Shown: in pieces, positions 20,326 through 30,454 of the stretch
Layout: each line of letters starts with the position of its first letter
Position numbering within the stretch: position 1 is the stretch's first letter
Assembly: GCA_965237805.1 (NCBI GenBank)
Contig: OZ250153.1
Location: forward strand, 512,001-576,000
Direction of reading: 5' to 3'
Origin: Gammaproteobacteria bacterium
GTDB lineage: Bacteria; Pseudomonadota; Gammaproteobacteria; JABABF01
DNA: 64,000 nt
Notes under the pieces: model-generated
What the model was told of the DNA's origin: nothing
Database searches by the model: none
Seen by the model: only the letters and a program-made list of their open reading frames with translations
Made by a program: the position numbers and the translations under genes

Positions 20326-22305
20326 TTAGTCGGTCTCGGCTCCCACCCAGATCGGCGAGCTCCAAGCACGCTCCTGCTGGCTGCGCGGATAAGCATCGGA
20401 GCAGCAAGCCTCATAGCTCCTAGTATTGGCCGAATCAGGATCTTCGCAGTCGACGCCATTGGCGTTGCAGACATAGCTGTGCCAGCGGCAGCTGGGATTC
20501 TCTACCGCCCGTGCGTAGTACCAGGCGGACTGCCCCGCTTGATAATCGGGATCCTCCCACACCGCGCACAGACGGTTGGAACCCGGGCCGTTGCGCTCAC
20601 ATGTCGCATCGTCGACCGACGCGCCGTTATCCGGCGTGCCAGCCACTTCATACAGCTGCTCGCGCCGCTCACCGGTGGCTTCGTCCAACCAACCTTTGAT
20701 AATCTGTACGCGTTGCAGGAGGGTACCTGGGAAAGCCTGGACCCCCAGATCGCGCGTCGCCATCACGGCAAAACGCGGCCCGCCGCTCAGAGACTTCGGT
20801 CGCGGCGGCAGCTCACTGCCCATCGGCACCCCCTGCCGATAGCCGCGGCTGACGAAGTTGGAGCTCTTGCACAGCCCGTTGGGATAACGCCAGCCACCAA
20901 AAAAGCGCAGCGTCATGCGCGGCCCGCTGGTGCCAAATACCTCGCGGCGGCGCATGGCGTCGAACAGCGAGTCGCGGGTGTTCTCCCGCGCCCACACCGC
21001 CGCCAAACCGCCGGGATTGAAAGGCAAGGCATCGGGCAAGCCATCACCACGGCTGAGCCCACCGGTATGCCCCTTGAAATTGTCCTCAGCGACCGCTCCA
21101 GCCAAGCCGCTGTGCGCATCGGTACTGCCGATCAAACCGAAGCGCCACGGATTGACTCCGAGGCGCTGCTGGTGACGCAGCCCCTCGCTCAGCGTGGTGC
21201 GCACAAAACCATTGCTGGGCTTCACTGGCTCCGGCGGCACATAATCGTCGCTGTTGGCACCGCGGAAGAGCTCTCTGAAATCCTTGTAGGGAAGGGTCTC
21301 AAAGGCACATAATTCATCGCTCGCCCCGATGCCGTACCAGCATTCGGAGTCGCCCTTGTGCTGCGTGACCTCGATCAAGCGCTCCAGCTGCGCCTGGCGC
21401 CGAGCCTGCTCCGGACTGCTCTGGAAATCCTCGGCGAGGGGAAACAGCATGCCTCCGCTGACATTGGAATTGTGTGGAATGGTCAGCACATCGCATTCTG
21501 GCTGTTGCAGACAATCTCGATCCAAGGCCTCGAACAACGCCTCTGGAGCGCTGAGATCAATGCTGCTCGGTGGCGGCTTGGACAGCTTGCCGAGGCTGCG
21601 GTTGCGGAAGATGACATTGCGGTGCATATTGTTGCCTTGGGGAGCCGAAGTCCACTCATAGCCGATGAAAGTGGTGAATTCGCAGTCGGCACTGCGGTCA
21701 TAGGCATTCTCGGCGGATTGGGTGATGTCCCGCCAGACCTGTGGCGCTTGGAGCTTGCAATTGATGCCGTCTTTGCCACAAATCACCGAGTACTCGCCAT
21801 CGCGTCGGATCAGCTGCACAAGCAGATAGAGCGGCACGGCATTGGGCAGCCAGCTCGACCAGCGCAGTAAATAGCACTGCCAATGGTGGTAGCCAGCCGC
21901 TCCCGGTGTCACGCAGATCGGCCCCAAACTCATCGTCTCGGCATGGTCAGTGACGATGGCAAAATCTAGCGGCCTTCGCAGCTGGTGGTAGCGCGCAGGC
22001 TCGCCAGCACTGTTGTAGGGTGGCATGCCGACGCGCTCGCCGCGGGCAAAACGGTAGGTGTCGGCCGGCTTGTTGCGGGTGCCGAACACCACGGCATCGT
22101 AAGAGTAGGCGCTGTGTACATGGGTGTCGCCAAAAAAGGCCTGTCGCTGCGGGTCGTAGTCATTGCAGGGCTGGCGCGGCTCGGTGATGTCGTAGGGACG
22201 CGATGGATAATCAGCGGCCTGTACGCCGAGTGGACACGCCAACAGCACCGCCGCCAGCGCCAAGCCACAGCGCACCGCAGCACCCCTTGTCTCGCTCTGC
22301 TTCAT
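20326..22305 (-). CDS. DUF3604 protein, paralog 3
   Basis: FFGDTHVHS, TDH, QHKGDSEC, STDAH, QERAWSSPIW; RBS GGAGG before ATG 22305; signal peptide VQA-AD. Confidence 0.9.
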   Translation of the reverse strand: MKQSETRGAAVRCGLALAAVLLACPLGVQAADYPSRPYDITEPRQPCNDYDPQRQAFFGDTHVHSAYSYDAVVFGTRNKPADTYRFARGERVGMPPYNSAGEPARYHQLRRPLDFAIVTDHAETMSLGPICVTPGAAGYHHWQCYLLRWSSWLPNAVPLYLLVQLIRRDGEYSVICGKDGINCKLQAPQVWRDITQSAENAYDRSADCEFTTFIGYEWTSAPQGNNMHRNVIFRNRSLGKLSKPPPSSIDLSAPEALFEALDRDCLQQPECDVLTIPHNSNVSGGMLFPLAEDFQSSPEQARRQAQLERLIEVTQHKGDSECWYGIGASDELCAFETLPYKDFRELFRGANSDDYVPPEPVKPSNGFVRTTLSEGLRHQQRLGVNPWRFGLIGSTDAHSGLAGAVAEDNFKGHTGGLSRGDGLPDALPFNPGGLAAVWARENTRDSLFDAMRRREVFGTSGPRMTLRFFGGWRYPNGLCKSSNFVSRGYRQGVPMGSELPPRPKSLSGGPRFAVMATRDLGVQAFPGTLLQRVQIIKGWLDEATGERREQLYEVAGTPDNGASVDDATCERNGPGSNRLCAVWEDPDYQAGQSAWYYARAVENPSCRWHSYVCNANGVDCEDPDSANTRSYEACCSDAYPRSQQERAWSSPIWVGAETD

Positions 22306-22334
22306 CTCACTTCCCTCCGCTGTCATCGGCCGAA

Positions 22335-23636
22335 TCAACTGCCAAAGCGCCGCTGCGTCTGACGGCGGCGCTGGCGAATTTGCTCACGGCGCTGCGCCGC
22401 CGTGAAGCCTTCGATGTCATTGGGCAACGCCGCACGCAGCTGATCGAAACGCACCAGCCGCGCCTCGGGCTGTGCTGCGCTCGTCGGCGGCTGAGCCACA
22501 CCCTGCCAACGCATCATGATCAAACCGCGCCGATGCCCCACGGTGTCGAGCCAGTTCTGAATGCCCGGGTCGCGGTGTGAAACAACAAAATAATAGCGAC
22601 CGTCGGCGCTCGGCACGGCTTGATCCAAGCTCAGACTGGACGTGTGGCTGTCATAGTCCAAGCTGATGAACCACAGGCTGCCCAGCTCCACGCCATGGTA
22701 ACTGACATCGCCGGGGACGAAGCTGATGACCAAAGCCTCGTTGTCCTCCAACTGCCAATTGCCGAAAGCGGAATACTGTCCGACGAGGCCACCCGAGGAG
22801 GCGCGCACCTTGGAGATACCGTTGCGCGGAGTCAGAGTCGTCATGGTGTCGCTCAGAGCGAGCCAAGTGGCGGCGCGGTCGTAGAGTGCCCTGGCAGCAT
22901 TGTTCAGGCGCTGGGCCAGCTGCTCCGAGCTGAGCGGCGGTGTGCGTTCGCCCTCGGCACCGACGCGTTCGATGTACAGCTCACCGACTCGCTCGTCCCA
23001 ATCGCTGTGCGTGTGGCGCACTAACAGTGTCTCCGCACCGTCGGCGGTGCGCAACCAATTGCGCCCAGCTCCCGGCTCATCCCGCTGAATATACAGCTCG
23101 AAGCTGCCGTCCGACTCGATGCGCATATCATTGCCATAGATCAAATCGATGTTGTCGCTGGTGCCGCCACTGCCGACCCCAGGCTGGCCGCGCAGCAGCT
23201 GGAACACCAAGCCGCGAGTCGTGCCGCGAGTGCCGCGCACCACATAGTCAGCATCGTCGCGCAAACGGGCGACATAGTAGTTGTTGTCCGGGTTGTCGAG
23301 ACCACTTTTGCTGGTCCATGTCGCAGCGGGCAGGAAGAAAGGATCATCCCGCCCCCGTAATGCGTTATTTTGGATCGCCCCCACCACACCGTAGAGCACC
23401 AGGCGGTAGGCCTCGGCAAGCGCTTGGTCGTCGGTGACGAAGCGGTGGCCGAGCAACAGCGCCAGCGTCTCTTGTTGGGCGAGGCTAAAGTTGTGCCAAG
23501 CGGTTGGCAACGCCCCCCGCGTGGTATCGTCTCGCTGCGGTTCAAATCGGGGCGGAGTGAGCCCCCCCCAGCGACCGACGGCAAAAGCGGCTGCAGCGAC
23601 CAGCAACAGCAGCAGCAAGCGCAGGAGCACACGCAT
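22335..23636 (-). CDS. DUF1214-like exported protein
   Basis: KSGLDNPDNNY, DGSFEL, SLDY..HTSSL, VVSHRDPGIQNWLDTVGH..G..MMRWQ. Confidence 0.8.
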   Translation of the reverse strand: MRVLLRLLLLLLVAAAAFAVGRWGGLTPPRFEPQRDDTTRGALPTAWHNFSLAQQETLALLLGHRFVTDDQALAEAYRLVLYGVVGAIQNNALRGRDDPFFLPAATWTSKSGLDNPDNNYYVARLRDDADYVVRGTRGTTRGLVFQLLRGQPGVGSGGTSDNIDLIYGNDMRIESDGSFELYIQRDEPGAGRNWLRTADGAETLLVRHTHSDWDERVGELYIERVGAEGERTPPLSSEQLAQRLNNAARALYDRAATWLALSDTMTTLTPRNGISKVRASSGGLVGQYSAFGNWQLEDNEALVISFVPGDVSYHGVELGSLWFISLDYDSHTSSLSLDQAVPSADGRYYFVVSHRDPGIQNWLDTVGHRRGLIMMRWQGVAQPPTSAAQPEARLVRFDQLRAALPNDIEGFTAAQRREQIRQRRRQTQRRFGS

Positions 23637-23642
23637 CGGCAG

Positions 23643-25658
23643 CTACGCGGGGTCGCGCCCGACCCGGGGGCTGAGCCAGATCGGCGAACTCCAAGCGCGC
23701 TCCTGCTGCACCTTGTCGTAACCGTTCGCATCACAACAGCTGCGTAGCGCCCGAGGCACGCTGCCCGGGTCGCTGCAATCGACCCCCTTAGCGAGACAAG
23801 CATAGCTCTGCCAACGGCAGCTGGGATTCTCCACCGCCCGCGCGTAATAGTAGGCGCGCTGGCCGGGCTGGTAATCGGGGTCGTGCCACACCGCGCACAG
23901 ACGGTCGTGACCAACGCCGCGACGCTTGCAGCTGGCGGTGTCAACAGTGGCACCGTTGTCCGGATCGCCAGCAACCTCGTAGACACGGGTGCGCGGCTCG
24001 CCATCGCCATCGACCCAGCCTTTGATGATCTGCACCCGTTGTAGCGGCGCTGCGGGATGGCCTGGAGTGTCGGGAGCGCGCTGCGCCTGCACCGAGAAAA
24101 TGGGCGCATCAGCAAGCGCTGGCCGCGGTGGCATTGCGGCACCCATCGGCACACCGCGGGCATAGCCCCAAGGCGCAAAACGTCCGCCCTCGCAAAGGGT
24201 GTCGGGGTAAGTGCGCCAACTGCCAAAGAAGCGCAGCTGCAGGCGCGGCCCACTGGTGCCGAAAACCTCGCGCCGACGCAGGGCCTCGAACAGTGAATCG
24301 CGATGGTTCTCCTCGGCCCACACGCCAGCTAAACCACCGGGGTTGAACTGCAGGTCATCGGGCAAGCGAGCAGCGCGTCCACTGTAGATATGGCCCAGAT
24401 AGTTGTCTTCCTCCACCGCACCCGGCGTCGCCAAGTGGGTATCGGTGGCGGCCAGCATGCCGAAGCGCCACGGGTTGACCCCCATGCGCTGCTCGTGGCG
24501 CAGCCCTTCGGCCAACACGGTGCGGGCGAAGCCAGTGGGGCCGGTGGGCGTGGGCACCTCGCGGCCAAAACCGTGAGCTTTGCCGTCGCGGAAATTGCCG
24601 AAAGCCAATTTCTCGAATCGGCACAGCTCGTCCGCGCCGAACCAGCACTCCGAATCACCCTTGTGCTGCATCACTTCGAGTAACGGCTCGAAACGCGCCC
24701 AGCTGCGCGCCTGCTCGGCATCCAGCTGCTCTCCCTGCGTCCCCATCGGGAACATCACCCCACCACTCAGATTGGAATTATGCGGAATCGATATCAGATC
24801 ACAGCCCGGCTGCTGCAGGCAGTCGCGCGTGAGCATATCGCGCAAAGCTGCGGGGGTGTGGGCGTCCCGCTGTCCCGGAGGCGGGCTGGACACCTTGCCG
24901 AGATTGCCATTGCGAAAAATGATGTTGCGGTGCAGGTTGCTGTCGGCTAAGCTGCCCGACCACTCAAAGCCGACAAAGCTGGTGAAGCTGCAGTCGGCGC
25001 TGCGGTCATAGGCATTTTCCGCCGCTTGGACGATCTGTTGCCAGACCCCTGCTGCATGGGGTCGGCAGTAGGCACCGTCCTCCCCGCACATTGGCGGCAG
25101 CTCGCGCTGCGAATGACGCACGAGCAGCAACAGCAACACACGCGGCATGAAGGGCGGCAACCACGGCACAGCGCGCACCAAACGGCACTGAAGTTGGCCG
25201 TAGCCCGGCGCTCCGGGCGTCAGGCACACCGGTGCCAACCCCATCGTCTCGGCATGGTCGGTGACGGCGGTGAAGTCCAGTGCTTGGCGCAGCTGGTGGC
25301 TCGCCAGCGGCTTGCCGTCGCGATCGTAGGGATGTATCCCCATGCGCTCCCCACGTGCGTAGCGGTAGGCATCGGCAGGCTTGTTGCGGGTGCCGTAGAT
25401 CACCGCATCGTAGGAAAAGGCAGTGTGCACATGGAGATCGCCATAGAACACTTGGCGCTCGGGACGATAGTCGCGGCACGGTTCGCGCTGCTCGCTCAGC
25501 TGGTAGAAGCGGTGTGGCGGGCTGTCGGCGGCTCGCACCGCGCCGATGGGCAGTAGCCAAGCGACCAATAACAGCGCGACAAACAAAGACCGAGCGCCAT
25601 TCGGAGCCCGCCGGGAACCCCACCGCCAGATGTCTGAGCTGTGCATCCCTCTCATCAT
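23643..25658 (-). CDS. DUF3604 protein, paralog 4
   Basis: FYGDLHVHT, TDH, QHKGDSEC, ATDTH, QERAWSSPIW; start uncertain. Confidence 0.9.
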   Translation of the reverse strand: MMRGMHSSDIWRWGSRRAPNGARSLFVALLLVAWLLPIGAVRAADSPPHRFYQLSEQREPCRDYRPERQVFYGDLHVHTAFSYDAVIYGTRNKPADAYRYARGERMGIHPYDRDGKPLASHQLRQALDFTAVTDHAETMGLAPVCLTPGAPGYGQLQCRLVRAVPWLPPFMPRVLLLLLVRHSQRELPPMCGEDGAYCRPHAAGVWQQIVQAAENAYDRSADCSFTSFVGFEWSGSLADSNLHRNIIFRNGNLGKVSSPPPGQRDAHTPAALRDMLTRDCLQQPGCDLISIPHNSNLSGGVMFPMGTQGEQLDAEQARSWARFEPLLEVMQHKGDSECWFGADELCRFEKLAFGNFRDGKAHGFGREVPTPTGPTGFARTVLAEGLRHEQRMGVNPWRFGMLAATDTHLATPGAVEEDNYLGHIYSGRAARLPDDLQFNPGGLAGVWAEENHRDSLFEALRRREVFGTSGPRLQLRFFGSWRTYPDTLCEGGRFAPWGYARGVPMGAAMPPRPALADAPIFSVQAQRAPDTPGHPAAPLQRVQIIKGWVDGDGEPRTRVYEVAGDPDNGATVDTASCKRRGVGHDRLCAVWHDPDYQPGQRAYYYARAVENPSCRWQSYACLAKGVDCSDPGSVPRALRSCCDANGYDKVQQERAWSSPIWLSPRVGRDPA

Positions 25659-25705
25659 AGCGACAATAGCACCAGCTCACAATCCGCGGCCATGCGCCCA
25701 GGCGA

Positions 25706-25864
25706 TCAGGCGGCGCTCAGAGCCTGCCGATCGGCCTCGTCTATGACGATGTCGCCAGCTCGCGGCGCGTCCAGCTGTAGCTGCTCCCCGACATCCGGCT
25801 CACCGCAAGCTGCCAACGGCAACAGGCCGCACAGCAACAGCGCAGAGAAACATCGCTGAGGCAT
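25706..25864 (-). CDS. Putative 52-aa lipoprotein or gene remnant
   Basis: MPQRCFSALLLCGLLPLAAC-G: signal peptide II with LAAC lipobox; heads the DUF3604 run. Confidence 0.4.
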   Translation of the reverse strand: MPQRCFSALLLCGLLPLAACGEPDVGEQLQLDAPRAGDIVIDEADRQALSAA

Positions 25865-26127
25865 AGCTGCGCTCCAATTGGCTCGCATCGAGCGGTCCCC
25901 GGCGAGCGATTGCCTCAGCCAATATAGCACAAGCAATGCAGTCTGCTCAGTCGATTCCACAACACGGCATAGTGATGGCAAAGACAGCCGACGAGTAGCC
26001 ACCAATACCATCTGGCAACTGGCAATCGATGCCGCTTATGGTATGATAATTTGATGCCCAATTAGCTTGGATTGCGCCCATTATGCGGTGTCCCAGCACA
26101 TATTTCAGCTCGACGGCAAGGCACTAG

Positions 26128-26163
26128 CCGATGACTCAAAAATTCCCGATGACTCAAAAATTC
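26128..26163 (+). repeat. Perfect 18-bp tandem duplication spanning the GH3 start codon
   Basis: CCGATGACTCAAAAATTC x2 giving MTQKFP-MTQKFR. Confidence 0.9.
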
Positions 26164-29049
26164 CGGGGCAATATTTTGATCCCGATCGTGATGCTCGTGG
26201 GCATCAGCTTGGCGGGCACGGGTATGGCCTTCCTGCTCTATTCCTTGCGCTCTCCGACAGAGACAGACTGGGCTTCGACGCGCGCTGTCGAAACGGCCTT
26301 TGTCGGCAAATTGGTCTCGCGCATGACTTGGGAGGAGAAGATCGGCCAATGCAACTTGGCGGTGCCGACAGTGGATCTCAACGCCCCCCGTGTGTCATTG
26401 GAGGAAGACCCCCTGCAGGCCTTGGAAATCTTCCGGCTCAGCGAGGCACAGCGTGAGGATTTGCACCACGGTCGCATCAGCGGCTTCATCGGTGCAGCCG
26501 GGCCGGATTTTGTGCGCGCCGTCGAAATCGAGGTGTTGGAGAGCCGCCTCGCAATTCCCGTGCTGTTCGGTGCCGAGCTGCCACACGGCTATGCCACGAT
26601 CTTTCCCTCGCCCCTAGCGGAGGCTTCCAGCTGGGATCCCACACTGGCCCAGCGCACGGCTCGCGCCGCCGCCACCGAAGCCACCGCCGTCGGCATCAAC
26701 TGGAACCTCGCTCCGGATGTCAATTTGGGACGCGATGCGCGCTGGGGGGGCATCGTCGAGGGGGCGGGCGAGGACACGCTGCTCGCCTCGCAATTCGCCG
26801 CTGCCCGCGTCCGTGGGTTCCAAGGGCAAAGCCTCGGGGAACCGGACACCTTGGCAGCCACCGCCAAGCACTTTATCGCCCATGGTGCCGGGGTGGGCGG
26901 CCTCCCCTATGCGGCGATAGAACTCCCCGAATATGTGGTGCGCCAATTCTACCTGCCGCCATTTCAAGCTGCCGTCAATGCTGGTGTCGCGGTTGTCATG
27001 GCTGCTGTCAACGATATCAACGGCATCCCAGGTACGGTTCACACAAAATATTTGCACGATGTCCTCAGACGGGAACTCAGTTTTGCAGGCTTTGTGCTCT
27101 CGCACTGGCGGGTGGATCGGGAAGTGCACACCCAAGGCATCGCCAGCGAAGAGAGCGACGCAGTCAAGCGCGCGTTCAATGCGGGCATTGATATGGGACT
27201 GGGGTCGGCCTCTTGTCACGATGTGTTGCAGGCCTTGCACGAGCAGGGCCAGCTGGATGGAGCACGCTTGAATGAGGCCACCCGACGCATCCTGTCGGTC
27301 AAATACCGGCTCGGCCTGTTCGACAACTCTTTGCTCTACGCCGATAACGAGCGCATGCAAAAATCGCTGAGGAGCAAGCAGACACAGCAATTGGCACGCG
27401 AGGCTGCACGCCAATCAATCGTCTTACTGAAAAACGAAGGGGAGCTGTTGCCATTAGCACTCGGCGACAGCGCACAGACGATCGCGCTGATTGGGCCTTT
27501 TATCAAAGATGAAGACAACCTCAGCGCCACTTGGTTGCCGCCTCATCGCCACAGCCCGGGGGTCAGTCTCTACGCAGGCATCGTCGCCGCACGCGGCGGT
27601 AATGAGAAAGATTTGCGCTATGCTCAGGGCTCCGGAATCGACCAAGCGCTGGCGGGTGGTATCGCGGAAGCAGTGCGGGCAGCCAAGCGCGCGGATGTCG
27701 TGCTACTGGCGCTGGGTGAGGCCACTCCGCGGGCTGGCGAGCCCGCTTCTCGCACCTATATCGGTCTCCCCAAAGCGCAGTTGGAGTTGGCGCAAGCGGT
27801 CATCGCCACCGGGGTACCAGTGGCTGTGCTGCTGCGCAATGGCCGCCCGCTGGCAGTGCCTTGGCTGGCGCAAAACGCCACCGCTCTAGTCGAGACTTGG
27901 TTTCTCGGCTCGCAAACCGGCCACGCGGTGGCGGACATCCTATTCGCCCGCCACGCACCGAGTGGTCGCCTGCCCATCAGTATCCCTCGTCAATCCGGAC
28001 AAGAGCCCCTGTACTACAACAACAAAAATACCGGCCCCCTACCACCGGCACGTCCCGCCGCCGACGGCATCCAAGTGGGCGCGCTCAGCCATCATTACCA
28101 AGATGCCCTGGCGACAGCACTGTTTCCCTTTGGCCACGGCCTCAGCTACACCAAATTCCGCTACCAATCACTCGAATTGGATCACTGGCTGGTGCCACCG
28201 CGCGGCGCTCTACGTGTGACAGTGACGCTACGAAACATCGGGGAGCGCGACGGAACAGAGGTGGTGCAGCTGTACCTGCGCGATCGGGTGGCCAGCATGA
28301 CGCAACCGGTGCGTCAATTGGTAGCCTACCGGCGTCAGTTCCTGAAAGCGGGGGAGACTAGGCGCATCGGATTCACACTGAAGACAGACCAGCTGTCTTT
28401 TATCGGCCCCAATAACAAAGCCATCACGGAGCCGGGACGATTTGATCTCATGGTCGGCAAGGATTCGACGCAGGGGCTACAGGCGCATTTCTATGTGATC
28501 AGCCGGGTGGGCTCGGTCGCGGCCGACAAAGCACTGCCGTTGACGGTCAGCTGGGACCCAGCGGCCAACGGATTCGAGCAGGCACTGTCTGTGGCAACCG
28601 CCACCGGGAAACACGATACACAGGATTTGCTCGGGATTTACTACGAAGCGGGATCCCGTGACTCAAACACGACACTGGACAGCACCCAGACGCTGTTCGT
28701 CAATGTCACCGACATCGACGCGGCAAGCGGCGGCATCTTGTGGCTGCGACTATTCGCCAACCAACGTGGCTGGGATAACGGTGAGGCCGTGGCCACACAG
28801 CAGCTGGAGCTCAGCGGTGTCGCGGCCCAAACCAGCTTCCCCAACTTGCTGCCGGGCAGCTATGCGTTGCGGGTGCTACAAGACCTTGATGGCGACGGAT
28901 TGACCCGTCTCGACAAGTTCGACCTGCCCCTCGAGCCGATCTCTTTCTCCAACCGTGCGCAATACACTCTGCACGGCGCACCTGAATTCGAAATGGCTCG
29001 CTTCGAGATCACCCAGCGGGCATCGTCGGTCAGCATCGCGATGCCCTGA
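26131..29049 (+). CDS. GH3 BglX-like protein with Fn3-like domain and C-terminal DUF2141-like domain; probably catalytically impaired
   Basis: SRLAIP, ASSWDP, KHF, SIVLLKNEG.LLPL, PSGRLP, LFPFGHGLSYT, EVVQLY; C-terminal PGSYAL.VLQD.DGDG...P.E...FSN...P.F..A.F; SDW is SHW. Confidence 0.85.
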   Translation: MTQKFPMTQKFRGNILIPIVMLVGISLAGTGMAFLLYSLRSPTETDWASTRAVETAFVGKLVSRMTWEEKIGQCNLAVPTVDLNAPRVSLEEDPLQALEIFRLSEAQREDLHHGRISGFIGAAGPDFVRAVEIEVLESRLAIPVLFGAELPHGYATIFPSPLAEASSWDPTLAQRTARAAATEATAVGINWNLAPDVNLGRDARWGGIVEGAGEDTLLASQFAAARVRGFQGQSLGEPDTLAATAKHFIAHGAGVGGLPYAAIELPEYVVRQFYLPPFQAAVNAGVAVVMAAVNDINGIPGTVHTKYLHDVLRRELSFAGFVLSHWRVDREVHTQGIASEESDAVKRAFNAGIDMGLGSASCHDVLQALHEQGQLDGARLNEATRRILSVKYRLGLFDNSLLYADNERMQKSLRSKQTQQLAREAARQSIVLLKNEGELLPLALGDSAQTIALIGPFIKDEDNLSATWLPPHRHSPGVSLYAGIVAARGGNEKDLRYAQGSGIDQALAGGIAEAVRAAKRADVVLLALGEATPRAGEPASRTYIGLPKAQLELAQAVIATGVPVAVLLRNGRPLAVPWLAQNATALVETWFLGSQTGHAVADILFARHAPSGRLPISIPRQSGQEPLYYNNKNTGPLPPARPAADGIQVGALSHHYQDALATALFPFGHGLSYTKFRYQSLELDHWLVPPRGALRVTVTLRNIGERDGTEVVQLYLRDRVASMTQPVRQLVAYRRQFLKAGETRRIGFTLKTDQLSFIGPNNKAITEPGRFDLMVGKDSTQGLQAHFYVISRVGSVAADKALPLTVSWDPAANGFEQALSVATATGKHDTQDLLGIYYEAGSRDSNTTLDSTQTLFVNVTDIDAASGGILWLRLFANQRGWDNGEAVATQQLELSGVAAQTSFPNLLPGSYALRVLQDLDGDGLTRLDKFDLPLEPISFSNRAQYTLHGAPEFEMARFEITQRASSVSIAMP

Positions 29050-29129
29050 GATGGCCGAATCGCTATACTGGTTTGGGCAAGTGGGTGCGATCGCTAGGCC
29101 TGCTCTATAGCGGGCACAGCAATTGCAAG

Positions 29130-29972
29130 ATGGACGATTTAGAAGCCCTATTGCGCCTTGATGGCAAGAATGCGCTGATCACGGGTGCATCGCGTGGCAT
29201 TGGCCTCGCCATCGCACAGATCTACCGAGAAGCTGGTGCCAGTGTCTTCATCACAGCGCGGGACGCAGCCAACTTGGCACAGGCGCAACAGCTGCTGGAG
29301 CGAGTCGAGGGTGCCGGCCAGGTCATCGCCCACGCCGCTTCGGTGGCCGATGAGGCCGGCATCGAGGGCACCATCGCCCACCACAACGAAACACTCGGAG
29401 CGATCGACATCCTCGTCAACAACGCCGGGCGCAACTCACCTGTCGCACCGCTGATTGAGAGCGACCTCGCGGAATGGCGCAAGACCTACGCCGTCAACGT
29501 CGAAGCACCGCTGCGATTGATTCGATGCGCACTCGACAGCTCGATGCGGGAACGCGGCGGCGTCATTATCAACATCACCACCTTGGGTGTGCATATGCCG
29601 ACCCCAAAACTCGGTGCCTACAGCGGCAGCAAGACCGCGATGAGGCATATGGGCTACCAACTGGCTGGTGAATTGGCTCCCAAAGTGCGCGTCATCAACA
29701 TCGCCCCCGGCATCGTCAAGACGGAGATGGCGCGCGGGCTGTGGCAAGATCGCGAAGAGCAGATGGCGCACACCACCCTGTGCCATCGCATCGGTATGCC
29801 GGTGGATATCGCCCACGCGGCGCTGTTCGCCGCCTCGCAGATGGCCAGCTGGATGACCGGGGTCGACTTGATCGTCGACGGCGGCTCCTCGATGAAAATG
29901 CTCGATCCCGAGCTCGATGCACTCTCCCCGACGGCAGGGCGAGAAGACATGTTACAGCGCATGGGTGTCTAA
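29130..29972 (+). CDS. SDR (DHRS4/carbonyl reductase-like)
   Basis: TGASRGIG, NNAG, YSGSK, IAPGIVKTEMA. Confidence 0.9.
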   Translation: MDDLEALLRLDGKNALITGASRGIGLAIAQIYREAGASVFITARDAANLAQAQQLLERVEGAGQVIAHAASVADEAGIEGTIAHHNETLGAIDILVNNAGRNSPVAPLIESDLAEWRKTYAVNVEAPLRLIRCALDSSMRERGGVIINITTLGVHMPTPKLGAYSGSKTAMRHMGYQLAGELAPKVRVINIAPGIVKTEMARGLWQDREEQMAHTTLCHRIGMPVDIAHAALFAASQMASWMTGVDLIVDGGSSMKMLDPELDALSPTAGREDMLQRMGV

Positions 29973-30008
29973 TGCCCCCATTCCACCACACGCTTTGAGC
30001 CAAGACAA

Positions 30009-30386
30009 ATGAGTATCGACATCGTGCAATTCAACGACGACTGGCTGGCGGCTTGGAGCGCACTTGATGCCGACCGCGTCGCCGCTTTCTATGCCGAAGA
30101 TGCTCGCTATTTTGACCAGCAACTAGCCGATGGTATCAAGGGGCGCGCCGCACTGCTCGAATACCTCCGGCCGATGTTCGCGGCGGTGCCGTCCATGCGC
30201 TACGAGTCGGATGCAGTATGGCCTATCGAAGGCGGCTTCTGCGGTCGCTGGTACTGTACGATAGACTTGGGCGACGGCAAGCCGCAGCGGATGCGGGGCT
30301 TTGATCTCGCACTGTTGCAGGGCGATGAAATCGTCCACAACGAGGTCTATACCCAGATGCTCAGCGCCGAGCCCCCCGCGGCATGA
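30009..30386 (+). CDS. SnoaL/NTF2-like protein
   Basis: W.AAW...D....A.FYAEDA.Y.D...GI.GR..L..Y, G.D.......I....VY. Confidence 0.85.
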   Translation: MSIDIVQFNDDWLAAWSALDADRVAAFYAEDARYFDQQLADGIKGRAALLEYLRPMFAAVPSMRYESDAVWPIEGGFCGRWYCTIDLGDGKPQRMRGFDLALLQGDEIVHNEVYTQMLSAEPPAA

Positions 30387-30454
30387 GTCCGTGGTCAGAA
30401 GATGATTTCATACCGCACGCGCAACCGACACAGAGCGGGCACGACAGGAAAAAG

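Noticed and set aside
10091-24253. Long opposite-strand or off-frame ORFs (10091-11392, 16148-17482, 16132-17172, 20227-21312, 23141-24253)
   Set aside because: Overlap well-supported genes; expected in GC-rich DNA.
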